Shown here one piece after another: positions 37,219 to 45,480 of a stretch of DNA of 64,000 nt (within the stretch, counting starts at the first letter, position 1; each line of letters opens with the position of its first letter). The position numbers and the translations under genes were made by a program. Origin of the DNA: a virus; the IMG/VR virus record IMGVR_UViG_3300045988_147927, positions 138,995 to 202,994 of that record; one strand, written 5' to 3'. The notes under the pieces were generated by a model. That model saw only the letters and a program-made list of their open reading frames with translations, had not been told where the DNA came from and did not search any database.

Positions 37219-38238
37219 ATGAATCATAGCACAAAAGAATGTTTGTATCATATTATTAATAGACAAGATGAGATACTAATAGTAGATGTGTCTAATTATC
37301 TATATAGATATGTTTGGGCATACAGAGATTTGAGTATTGATATTAATGGTAGTAATGTTCAAATAGGGCATATTTATGGGTTTCTTAGATTTGTTACTTC
37401 TTTGTATCGTACTTTCAATAACCCGTCTATTATATTAGCATTAGATGGGTGTGATTTAAGTCGAAGAGAGATAAATTCTAATTATAAATCTAATAGGGAA
37501 AAGTCAAGTGATGTTAAATCGTTGATAAAATCTACTACTGACGATATTTTATCAATGCTTAGATTATTGCCTAGTGTTTATAGTTGTTATGATAGTTCTT
37601 TTGAGGCAGATGATTGTATAGGTTCTATAGCTAATTCTGTATCGTCTTTGTGTTGTAAGAATAAAATTAATAAGAATGTATACATAATGTCTAATGATAA
37701 GGATATGTATCAGTTAGTTAGGGATAATGCATATGCTAAAGTTAATATTATTAGGAAATTAGTTAGTGGTAGATGTTGGAGAGATAAGTCTGAGATTGTT
37801 AATGAAGAAGTTGTGAGAGATACTTTTAATGGTGTATCTCCTACAGATTTAGTAAAGTTTCGTTCAATCGTAGGGGATAGCTCTGATAATCTTAAAGGAT
37901 ATTACAGGTTTTTAAAGAGTAAAGCTAGTGATATTGCTACTAATTTTGAGTATAGTTTACAGGATAATAGATTGGTTCAAAAAGATGGTTCGCTAGTTTG
38001 TAAAGATATACTTGAAAAGTATTTACCTATTATTAATAGCAATTTTCACATTTTTGAAAGCAATTACAAAATTATGAAAATCAAGGATTTTGATTATGAA
38101 ATATCACCTATTTCAAGTAATTGTTCATGTGAGGATATTAATAATAGTTTGTCTTTGATTAAATTATATCGTTTGAATGAATTTTTTAATTTTTGTAAAT
38201 TTATATCACCATATAGGGATATTATAGTTAATTCTTAG
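37219..38238 (+). CDS. 5'-3' exonuclease / flap endonuclease (PIN-like, Pol I N-terminal type)
   Basis: ILALDG...SNYKSNRE, FEADDCIGSIA, IMSNDKDMYQLV, VGDSSDNLKG. Confidence 0.9.
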   Translation: MNHSTKECLYHIINRQDEILIVDVSNYLYRYVWAYRDLSIDINGSNVQIGHIYGFLRFVTSLYRTFNNPSIILALDGCDLSRREINSNYKSNREKSSDVKSLIKSTTDDILSMLRLLPSVYSCYDSSFEADDCIGSIANSVSSLCCKNKINKNVYIMSNDKDMYQLVRDNAYAKVNIIRKLVSGRCWRDKSEIVNEEVVRDTFNGVSPTDLVKFRSIVGDSSDNLKGYYRFLKSKASDIATNFEYSLQDNRLVQKDGSLVCKDILEKYLPIINSNFHIFESNYKIMKIKDFDYEISPISSNCSCEDINNSLSLIKLYRLNEFFNFCKFISPYRDIIVNS

Positions 38239-38240
38239 TT

Positions 38241-38492
38241 ATGTATTATGTGTATATATTAGAATGTAATGATGGTACATTATATACAGGATATACAAGC
38301 AATGTTGAGAATAGAGTCAAACAGCATAACAAAGGTATAGGTGCTAAATATACTAGAGGGAGAGTTCCTTGTCGGTTAGTATATGTTGAAGAATTTCAAA
38401 CAAAGAGTGGTGCTATGAGCAGGGAATGGTACATAAAACATAAGATTAATAGAGATGGTAAGTTGAAGTTAATATATGATTATAATAATTAA
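38241..38492 (+). CDS. GIY-YIG domain protein (UPF0213/YhbQ-like, 83 aa)
   Basis: YYVYILECNDGTLYTGYTSNVENRVKQHN...AKYTRGR...MSREWYIK. Confidence 0.9.
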   Translation: MYYVYILECNDGTLYTGYTSNVENRVKQHNKGIGAKYTRGRVPCRLVYVEEFQTKSGAMSREWYIKHKINRDGKLKLIYDYNN

Positions 38493-38550
38493 ATTTTAGG
38501 TATTTATAATGTTTTCACTAAATTATTATAGTCATGGTTAGGTAGTGTGT

Positions 38551-38670
38551 ATGGAGAATTTGGTAGTTTTTTTAGCAAGTATCCCTTTTATTTTGGGGAT
38601 TTGTGTTGCTGTATTTGCGTATTGTATATTCTGTATGGTTAGTGCTTTATGGAAGCATTTTAAAAAATAG
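38551..38670 (+). CDS. Small membrane peptide (39 aa), not in the ORF track
   Basis: MENLVVFLASIPFILGICVAVFAYCIFCMVSALWKHFKK. Directly followed by a strong terminator. Confidence 0.4.
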   Translation: MENLVVFLASIPFILGICVAVFAYCIFCMVSALWKHFKK

Positions 38671-38678
38671 AGTTATAT

Positions 38679-38718
38679 TAAGAGTGTATAAATATTTTAT
38701 ATTTATACACTCTTTTTT
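38679..38718 (+). terminator. Rho-independent terminator
   Basis: Stem aagagtgtataaata / tatttatacactctt followed by a T run. Confidence 0.8.
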
Positions 38719-38791
38719 TATGTAAAAATTTAGGTAGATATGTTAAAATTTATTATGTGTAGGTATATGTTTAGATAGTGAGGAGATTGAT

Positions 38792-39100
38792 ATGTTAGAA
38801 TTATCAAATATCGTTTATGTTGCTCACCCTTATAGTGGTTTACAGAAAAATTATGATAAAGTGTCAGTTATTATGAGTACGTTATGTAATAAATTCCCTA
38901 ATATTACATTTATCTCACCTATTCATGCTTATGGGTTTATGTATGAGAGTGTAGATTATAATAAGGGAATAGAAATGTGTTTTAAGTTGTTGGAGTTATG
39001 TGATACTGTACTATTATGTGGTGAGTGGGTTGATTCAAAGGGGTGTTGTATGGAGAAACAGTATGCAGAGTTACATGGTAAGAAAGTAGAGGTTCTATAG
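38792..39100 (+). CDS. Nucleoside 2-deoxyribosyltransferase-like (DUF4406-like) protein
   Basis: IVYVAHPYSG...N...FISPIH...LELCDTVLLCGEW.DSKGCCMEKQYA fits the small NDT/DUF4406 pattern (recalled). Confidence 0.5.
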   Translation: MLELSNIVYVAHPYSGLQKNYDKVSVIMSTLCNKFPNITFISPIHAYGFMYESVDYNKGIEMCFKLLELCDTVLLCGEWVDSKGCCMEKQYAELHGKKVEVL

Positions 39101-39502
39101 ATGGGTATTTCTGATATTATAGAGAGTCTTGATAGTAAAGCAGATTTAGAGAGTAGGAATATTAGATTTGTTAAGAAAGGTCAGTATAAAGAAGTATCTG
39201 ATGGGTATCATACAATAGGTGATTTATACGAACATAGGACATATCTTTTTGCTATGATTTGTAAGCTGTATGTGCCTACAGTATATATGTGGAAAACTAA
39301 AAAACATGAAGATGGTACAATGTATGATGATATGTTTTTAGTTGGTATTGATTTACCTGAAGGTCAAATATCATATCATATCAATAATAGGTACTGGGAT
39401 TTATTTGATGGTGTTGAAGAAATACCTAATGCACCTGAGTTTGATGGTTATACATCTGATGATGTTATCAATCGTATAGGGAGGTATATTAAGGATGGCT
39501 AA
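39101..39502 (+). CDS. hypothetical protein
   Basis: 133-aa ORF abutting the upstream stop. The SDGYHTIGDLYEHR motif is common in phage proteins of unknown function. Confidence 0.6.
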   Translation: MGISDIIESLDSKADLESRNIRFVKKGQYKEVSDGYHTIGDLYEHRTYLFAMICKLYVPTVYMWKTKKHEDGTMYDDMFLVGIDLPEGQISYHINNRYWDLFDGVEEIPNAPEFDGYTSDDVINRIGRYIKDG

Positions 39503-40475
39503 ATTTGATGATATATTCAAATCTATGTGTGATGATATTTTGAGTAATGGTACTATTTCTGATGGTGAGGAAGTCAGACCTAAGTGGGAGGATGGGTCAG
39601 ATGCTCACACTATTAAGAAGTTCGCAGTTGTTAATAGATATGATGTTGGTAAGGAGTTTCCGATACCTACTCAAAGACCTATAGCTTATAAGTCATGTGT
39701 GGAAGAGATGTTGTGGATATGGCAAAAACATTCTAATAATGTGAAAGACTTAAACACTCGGATATGGGATAGCTGGGCAGATAGTGATGGTACTATAGGT
39801 ACTGCATATGGGTATCAGATAGGTAAGTTATCTACATATAGGATACATTCAGATGATATTGTGAGTGATATTAGTGATGTATTTGAGGATTTGTTTTATG
39901 ATAGGGAATATAATTGTTTTTATAATAATGGTGGAAGTCATTATATTTCTTATGAATGTATTGAAGATAATGTATATGATGTTAAGATGAATCAGATTGA
40001 TAAGGTGCTATTTGATTTAGTTCATACACCTTTCTCACGTAGGATTATTGCTCATATGTATAATTTTGATGAGTTGAGTACAATGAATTTATATCCTTGT
40101 GCTTATTCTTGTACATTTAATGTTACTTTAGATGATAAAGGTAATAAGGTGTTAAATCTTCTATTAAATCAGAGGAGTCAGGATATTCTAGCTGCTAATG
40201 CTTGGAATGTAGTACAGTATTCAGTATTATTACATATGGTGGCTCGTCATGTTAATATGAGGGTTGGTGAATTAGTTCATGTGATTGCTGATGCTCATAT
40301 TTATGACAGGCACATTCCTATTATAAAAGAGTTAATTAGTAGGGAGACATATAAGGCACCTGAGTTTATTCTTAACAAAGATAAGAATAACTTCTATGAT
40401 TTTACTGTTGATGATGTGTCATTTAAAGATTATAAACATGGTGAACAGATTAAAAATATACCTATTGCAGTTTAG
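39495..40475 (+). CDS. thyA: Thymidylate synthase (Bacillus ThyA-type) with an internal insertion
   Basis: EEMLWIWQ, DGTIGTAYGYQIGK, PFSRRI, LYPCAYSCTFNV (catalytic Cys), LNQRSQD...NAWNVVQYSVL, ADAHIYDRH, and C-terminus APEF...FYDFTVDD..FKDYKHG...IAV, closely parallel to B. subtilis ThyA as I recall it. Confidence 0.88.
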   Translation: MAKFDDIFKSMCDDILSNGTISDGEEVRPKWEDGSDAHTIKKFAVVNRYDVGKEFPIPTQRPIAYKSCVEEMLWIWQKHSNNVKDLNTRIWDSWADSDGTIGTAYGYQIGKLSTYRIHSDDIVSDISDVFEDLFYDREYNCFYNNGGSHYISYECIEDNVYDVKMNQIDKVLFDLVHTPFSRRIIAHMYNFDELSTMNLYPCAYSCTFNVTLDDKGNKVLNLLLNQRSQDILAANAWNVVQYSVLLHMVARHVNMRVGELVHVIADAHIYDRHIPIIKELISRETYKAPEFILNKDKNNFYDFTVDDVSFKDYKHGEQIKNIPIAV

Positions 40476-40500
40476 TTATTTTAGGAGAGGTTGTGTTAAA

Positions 40501-40620
40501 ATGAAAAAGGCATTACGTGTAATATTGTTATTGGTAGTACTTAATTCAAGTATTGCAAGATTGATTAATATATTCAAATGCTATATGAAGTGTTATAGAG
40601 AGGTTTGTTATGAAAGATAA
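40501..40620 (+). CDS. Small hydrophobic/Cys-rich peptide (39 aa)
   Basis: ATG follows AGGAGAGG. MKKALRVILLLVVLNSS... Confidence 0.4.
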   Translation: MKKALRVILLLVVLNSSIARLINIFKCYMKCYREVCYER

Positions 40621-40849
40621 AAAAGCTATTAAGAAGATTATGAATATTATAGAGAAAGTAGCAGTACATGATAATGATTGTGTATCATATTTTGATATGG
40701 ATGATTTTAAAGTACAGAAGAGAATGAAGAGGAAAGAGATTGTACAGACTATTGATAGTGTGATAGATGTTCTTAATGATGATACTGGTACATACACAAA
40801 AGAGGATGCACTAGATTTACTTGTTAAGATAAGAAATAATACACTATAA
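40610..40849 (+). CDS. hypothetical protein
   Basis: 79-aa ORF. Confidence 0.55.
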   Translation: MKDKKAIKKIMNIIEKVAVHDNDCVSYFDMDDFKVQKRMKRKEIVQTIDSVIDVLNDDTGTYTKEDALDLLVKIRNNTL

Positions 40850-41086
40850 TATAGTTATTATAAGGTAATAAATAGGTACACTATATTGTATGAATATATG
40901 AGAGTATGATTGTATCATATAGGATAGATATAGTGTATCTTCATAATCACATACTAATAATAATAAAGATATAACTAATATAATAATTACTATATAACAT
41001 ATTATTAATACACTAGATATTAATAAATAAATTTCTTCTAACGAAGAAAAGTATTTATTTACTATGTGGAGGTAGTATAAAGATAT

Positions 41087-41170
41087 TAGTAAAACTAATA
41101 TAGTAAAACTAATATAGTAAAACTAATATAGTAAAACTAATATAGTAAAATTAATATAGTAAAATTAATA
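41087..41170. repeat. Six tandem 14-bp repeats (4 x tagtaaaactaata, 2 x tagtaaaattaata)
   Basis: Read directly. Perfectly head-to-tail with no spacers. Confidence 0.95.
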
Positions 41171-41414
41171 TAAGTATAAAAAATAGGGTACAGGGATAAT
41201 ACTAACTGTATTTTATTAGAGAAAAGAAATAAACAAAAAGTGAGTATTCAAGAGAGATATAATAGAGGTTCTATATACTGTATTATACTAAAGAAGAGAT
41301 ATAGAGAGATACTATAAGTTCTATGTATTATAGTATTCATAAAAGGAAACATAGAAAGGATAAGAGAGAATTAATTTAGGTTCTATATACTAATTAAGTT
41401 CTAAAAGAAAAGAT

Positions 41415-41488
41415 ATAGGAAATATAAAAATAGGAATATAAAAATAGGAAATATAAAAATAGGAATATAAAATATAGGAAATATAAAA
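41415..41488. repeat. Alternating 15/14-bp tandem repeats ataggaaatataaaa / ataggaatataaaa (phased A-tracts)
   Basis: Read directly. About five units, immediately upstream of the gene at 41511. Confidence 0.9.
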
Positions 41489-41510
41489 AAGAAGATAGGG
41501 GATATAGGAT

Positions 41511-41792
41511 ATGAAGAAGATACCAATCACTGAGGATAAATTAGAGATATATAGGAAATTAGAGGAGAATGATTTGTATGATGGATTGAGAGTAGGGATG
41601 ATACGGAAATTGTTAGTAGGATTAGGGATTAGGGTGAGTGGTAGTACTGTAGCACATAGTGATGATTTACGAGTATTATTAAAGAATACAGTAAAGAGAG
41701 TGTTGTATCGAGAAGAGTTGTTGAAATTAGGGATAGATGGTCGAAGAGTCAATAAAGAGATTGATGAGAGGGTTCGTATGGACAAATCATAG
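41511..41792 (+). CDS. hypothetical protein
   Basis: 93-aa ORF, the first gene after the repeat region. Confidence 0.55.
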   Translation: MKKIPITEDKLEIYRKLEENDLYDGLRVGMIRKLLVGLGIRVSGSTVAHSDDLRVLLKNTVKRVLYREELLKLGIDGRRVNKEIDERVRMDKS

Positions 41793-41818
41793 ATATTCTA
41801 GGTTATATAAATTAACAA

Positions 41819-41850
41819 AACTTTACAATATCATAGAGATATAGTAAGAT
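41819..41850 (+). promoter_or_regulatory. Promoter of the AACTTTACA class
   Basis: aacTTTACA (TTTACA 41822-41827), 17-nt spacer, TAAGAT (41845-41850). Confidence 0.5.
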
Positions 41851-41892
41851 ATTGTATGAAAGAGATAGATATACTATAAAGGAGATATTTCT

Positions 41893-43002
41893 ATGAAAGA
41901 TATAATTATGATGTCAATTTATGGTAGACATAATAGATGTAATGTAAGTATGTATGATTCAAATACATATAAGGGATTGAAGAGTAGTGTTATAGAAGTA
42001 GATGCTAATTTGTATCGAGATTTGAGTGTAGAGTTTGGGTTGATACGAATGGCATTAGGGATGATACGTAGTGTAGAGACAGTTGCATTTAAGAATGTAG
42101 GAACGATGTTACAGTCTAAGAAGGTAACAGTCACTACTCATTATGAGGGATATTCTAGTGATATCACTATGTATATGTTGCAAGAGATATACTATGTTAA
42201 TCAGGTTCATTATGATGATTATGTATTAGGTGTAGAGGTGTCATTAGATAGGTATAATCAATTTAGGGTTGCTATGGATACATCATATACAGCTATGTTG
42301 GAGTATATGAGGCATATATTACAAAGTGTGTTAGAGACATTAATGCGTGAGTATTTACATTTAGGTATAGAGTATGGTGATATTCAAAGTCATGTGTATC
42401 AAGATGTGGTATCTGTGTTGAGGTTACAATGTAAAGTGATGACAGAGAGTGTACCCTATGCTATTTTGTATCAAAGTGGGTTTGATGTGAGTGATACTGA
42501 ACAGTCAATGTACTATGATGTAGATGGGATAGGTTCTATAGGTGTTACTATTGATGGGATACAATTTGTTACTAAGATACATGAGAGTTCCTATGATGAT
42601 ACGTTTGGTGATATTAAAGGTAGTGTAGCCACTACTATAAAGATGCAACTCTATCTAAAGATATTGTGTACTACTAAGAGTGTGTTAGAGACTATTTCAT
42701 CTTATATGGGTAGAGAAGGTCGATATGTGAGAGGTGTGTATGGTATATGGGGCATTCATGTAGGTACTAAGTTAAGTATATTGCATAAGCAGATATTAGA
42801 TAGTAATGATATGTTGGTGTTTTATAAAGATGGTGTACATCATAATTATTATGAAGTAGTAGATACCTATGGTATTGTACGTATACCTATAAAAGTATTT
42901 CAAAAGAGAGTGATGTTGAATACAGTGATACAATTACAATCTATAAAAGATACGGTATATGATTATGTAGATGGTATATTAGATACTTTATATAATTATT
43001 GA
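41893..43002 (+). CDS. hypothetical protein, paralogue family member 1
   Basis: RBS AAAGGAG. Shares the Y.GY...DYVL.V.V.L block and the C-terminal P(I).VF..RVMLN...D(T)..YNY with the next gene. Confidence 0.6.
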   Translation: MKDIIMMSIYGRHNRCNVSMYDSNTYKGLKSSVIEVDANLYRDLSVEFGLIRMALGMIRSVETVAFKNVGTMLQSKKVTVTTHYEGYSSDITMYMLQEIYYVNQVHYDDYVLGVEVSLDRYNQFRVAMDTSYTAMLEYMRHILQSVLETLMREYLHLGIEYGDIQSHVYQDVVSVLRLQCKVMTESVPYAILYQSGFDVSDTEQSMYYDVDGIGSIGVTIDGIQFVTKIHESSYDDTFGDIKGSVATTIKMQLYLKILCTTKSVLETISSYMGREGRYVRGVYGIWGIHVGTKLSILHKQILDSNDMLVFYKDGVHHNYYEVVDTYGIVRIPIKVFQKRVMLNTVIQLQSIKDTVYDYVDGILDTLYNY

Positions 43003-43052
43003 TGAGTGGTTAATAGGGTATATGGTTATATAGGTTAATAAGGTATAGGGGT

Positions 43053-44000
43053 ATGAAAGAAAAGGTTAGATTACAGGATGGTGGGTTATCCGTAGAGATA
43101 GAGTATGATTTTAGAATTGTTATTACTAGAAGTCAGTTTTCTGTAGTCAGTAGTAAGAGTAAAGCATCTAGGCAATTCTTAGAGAAGTCGATGGTAGGTT
43201 TTAATCTATGTCATTTGATGAGTGTAGGGCTTGATTTACATCGTGTAGATACGTTTAATGTATTTACAAATTCTGCACATAGGTATACACGAATACAGTA
43301 TAGTGGGTATGTAGTCCATTTATATCGGTGGTTAGATGGTGTATTTGGTGATTATGTTCTAACTGTGTTTGTTGAGTTACAGGATATATCATTACAAGAT
43401 GCTTATAAGAATTTCAATAAGGCCATGTCTATGCCAATATGTAATTATGAATATCAAAGAGATAGTATCATTATTAAATCACTTTATTTCACTGTTATTA
43501 AAGATGTGTATGAGTGGTTGTCTTATTTCTTATTAGGTATCTATCTAACTGCAAGTGATATTGTTAGGGTTGATGGTAGTAAGAGTTCCATGTATTCATT
43601 GTGTAAGGATGTGTTGGTGTATAAGGTATTGTTAAGGTGTTTAGAAGATACATCATATTGTGTTGATACTAATAAGTATGTGGTAGTGTCCATACGAGAT
43701 AGGGATGTGTTACCTAAAGATATTAGTAATATGGATATATTAAATGTATTAAGTATTATGGACTATTGTCAAAATGCTGTTAATAGTGTTGTTAATAGGG
43801 GTGTAGGTACTGTGGATTGTATGAGAACTGTTACGTTTCACACATTGTATAAGTCAAAGCCATATACAAGTTTTGATGTAGTAGAGTGTCCTATTACTGT
43901 ATTTACATATAGGGTTATGTTAAATAATTGTATGGATGTGAGTGATTTTTACAATAGGGTTCATCAGTATTGGTGTAGTTTAGATACATTTAATTATTGA
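43053..44000 (+). CDS. hypothetical protein, paralogue family member 2
   Basis: C-terminus CPITVFTYRVMLNNCMDVSDFYNRVHQYWCSLDTFNY, compared with IPIKVFQKRVMLNTV...DTLYNY in member 1. Confidence 0.6.
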   Translation: MKEKVRLQDGGLSVEIEYDFRIVITRSQFSVVSSKSKASRQFLEKSMVGFNLCHLMSVGLDLHRVDTFNVFTNSAHRYTRIQYSGYVVHLYRWLDGVFGDYVLTVFVELQDISLQDAYKNFNKAMSMPICNYEYQRDSIIIKSLYFTVIKDVYEWLSYFLLGIYLTASDIVRVDGSKSSMYSLCKDVLVYKVLLRCLEDTSYCVDTNKYVVVSIRDRDVLPKDISNMDILNVLSIMDYCQNAVNSVVNRGVGTVDCMRTVTFHTLYKSKPYTSFDVVECPITVFTYRVMLNNCMDVSDFYNRVHQYWCSLDTFNY

Positions 44001-44010
44001 GGTTGGTAGG

Positions 44011-44676
44011 ATGACTGAGTTTTACATAACAATCACTAAAGAGGAGAATAAGATAGTATTTTCTTTTAAGAAGGATTTTGTGTTTTTTCCATGTACAAGT
44101 GTTAGGTGGTTTGAAGTTGATTTGTCTGTGTATGTGGATATCTTATTTCAATATCGTGGTGATACTACATTTACTATTGAACGAAGTGGGTATACTTTTA
44201 TATTCGATATGCATGGTGGTGTTAGGCGAGATGATGGGTATATTAAGATTACAATAATGTCCTATATACCAGAGAATGATATTAGGTTGTATGATGCCTC
44301 ATATGGTGATATCAATCATTGTTGTAGAGTGATTAATGATACATTGTCTAGTGAGGATACTATTAATCATATGTTGAGTGTGGTTGTTGGACATGAGGTA
44401 TCGTTACAACATACTATTACACTGGGAGCATTATCACATATTACATTACATATATTTTGTGATGTAAGGTTATTGGAAGGGTATGCATATTTTATATGTC
44501 GAGAGAATGAAGAGTTTGATATAGTTACGATGGTTTCTACGTGTCATAGGTTACGTAGTAATAGTATTAAACAATTAAATGCATTACCTGGTATAGTTGG
44601 CAGAGACTATCAATATTTTCTCTTAATACTAAGTTTATGTGTGATATTGATGTTAGTGAGGTTGTGGATACAGTAG
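44011..44676 (+). CDS. hypothetical protein, probable shorter family member 3 with C-terminal TM helix
   Basis: ERSGYTFIFDMHGGVRRDDGYIKITIMSY resembles the Y.GY...DYVL block. The protein ends YQYFLLILSLCVILMLVRLWIQ. Confidence 0.55.
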   Translation: MTEFYITITKEENKIVFSFKKDFVFFPCTSVRWFEVDLSVYVDILFQYRGDTTFTIERSGYTFIFDMHGGVRRDDGYIKITIMSYIPENDIRLYDASYGDINHCCRVINDTLSSEDTINHMLSVVVGHEVSLQHTITLGALSHITLHIFCDVRLLEGYAYFICRENEEFDIVTMVSTCHRLRSNSIKQLNALPGIVGRDYQYFLLILSLCVILMLVRLWIQ

Positions 44677-44902
44677 GTGTTATGTTAAATAAGGGATATA
44701 CCATATCTACAGATAAGGTTGTACATAGTATGTATAGTGGTAAAGCATTTGTCTACTAATATTCATTTATTTACGTTATTTACGTTGTGTTGCGATTTTA
44801 TATGTTTAATGTATAAATTAATGTATAGTTATTAAAATTAGCACACAAGTTAATATAAGCGTTTTTATAAGGTATTTTTATAGTGTTGAGGTTTTGGTTT
44901 TT

Positions 44903-45403
44903 ATGGTTAATATGATTATGTGTTTAGATGTGTGTAATGGGTTAGGTAGGGATAATGATTTATTGTATCGATTACCTAGTGATATGAAAATGTTTAGACA
45001 AAGGACATTAGGTATGATTGTTATTATGGGACGAAAGACTTTTGAAAGTTTACCTAAGGTATTACCACATCGTGAGCATTGGGTGATTACTAATCAAGAG
45101 GGATATATTGTACCTGATGGTGTTAAGGTATTTCATTCAAAAGAAGAGGTATTACAGGAATTAGGGGATAGGAGAGCCTTTGTAATAGGTGGTAGTTCTA
45201 TTTATCATATGTTTTTAGACGTGTGTACTAATATCTATGTAACACGTGTCAATGATACTAAAAAGGCTGATACTGTGTTTGATTTTGATGAATCACAGTT
45301 TAGTCATAGTCAGATTGGTATGGGGTTAAAGGAGAAAGATGAGGTAAGTGGTAGATGGGTAAATTATACTTTTGATATGTATACAAGGAAAAAATTAAAA
45401 TAA
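44903..45403 (+). CDS. folA: Dihydrofolate reductase
   Basis: LLYRLPSDMKMFRQRTLG.IVIMGRKTFESLP..LPHREHWVIT...AFVIGGSSIY. Start uncertain (44894 TTG, or 44903/44912 ATG). Confidence 0.85.
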   Translation: MVNMIMCLDVCNGLGRDNDLLYRLPSDMKMFRQRTLGMIVIMGRKTFESLPKVLPHREHWVITNQEGYIVPDGVKVFHSKEEVLQELGDRRAFVIGGSSIYHMFLDVCTNIYVTRVNDTKKADTVFDFDESQFSHSQIGMGLKEKDEVSGRWVNYTFDMYTRKKLK

Positions 45404-45480
45404 TACTTTACAAAACATTACAACTTGTGGTATTGTGTAAGTAGAAAATATAGTGTTTATTTAAAAGGAGATTTTTCACT

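Noticed and set aside
39495-40475. ThyA homologue as a dUMP/dCMP hydroxymethylase for base hypermodification.
   Set aside because: The sequence tracks B. subtilis-type ThyA end to end. It keeps the Asn of the ...N.WNV.QY... segment associated with dUMP specificity. A DHFR gene nearby fits a normal thymidylate cycle. This cannot be fully excluded without biochemistry.
41087-41170. Possible CRISPR array (regular 14-bp repeats).
   Set aside because: The units are directly head-to-tail with no spacers, the repeat is far too short, and there are no cas genes. It is better explained as iterons or a tandem repeat.
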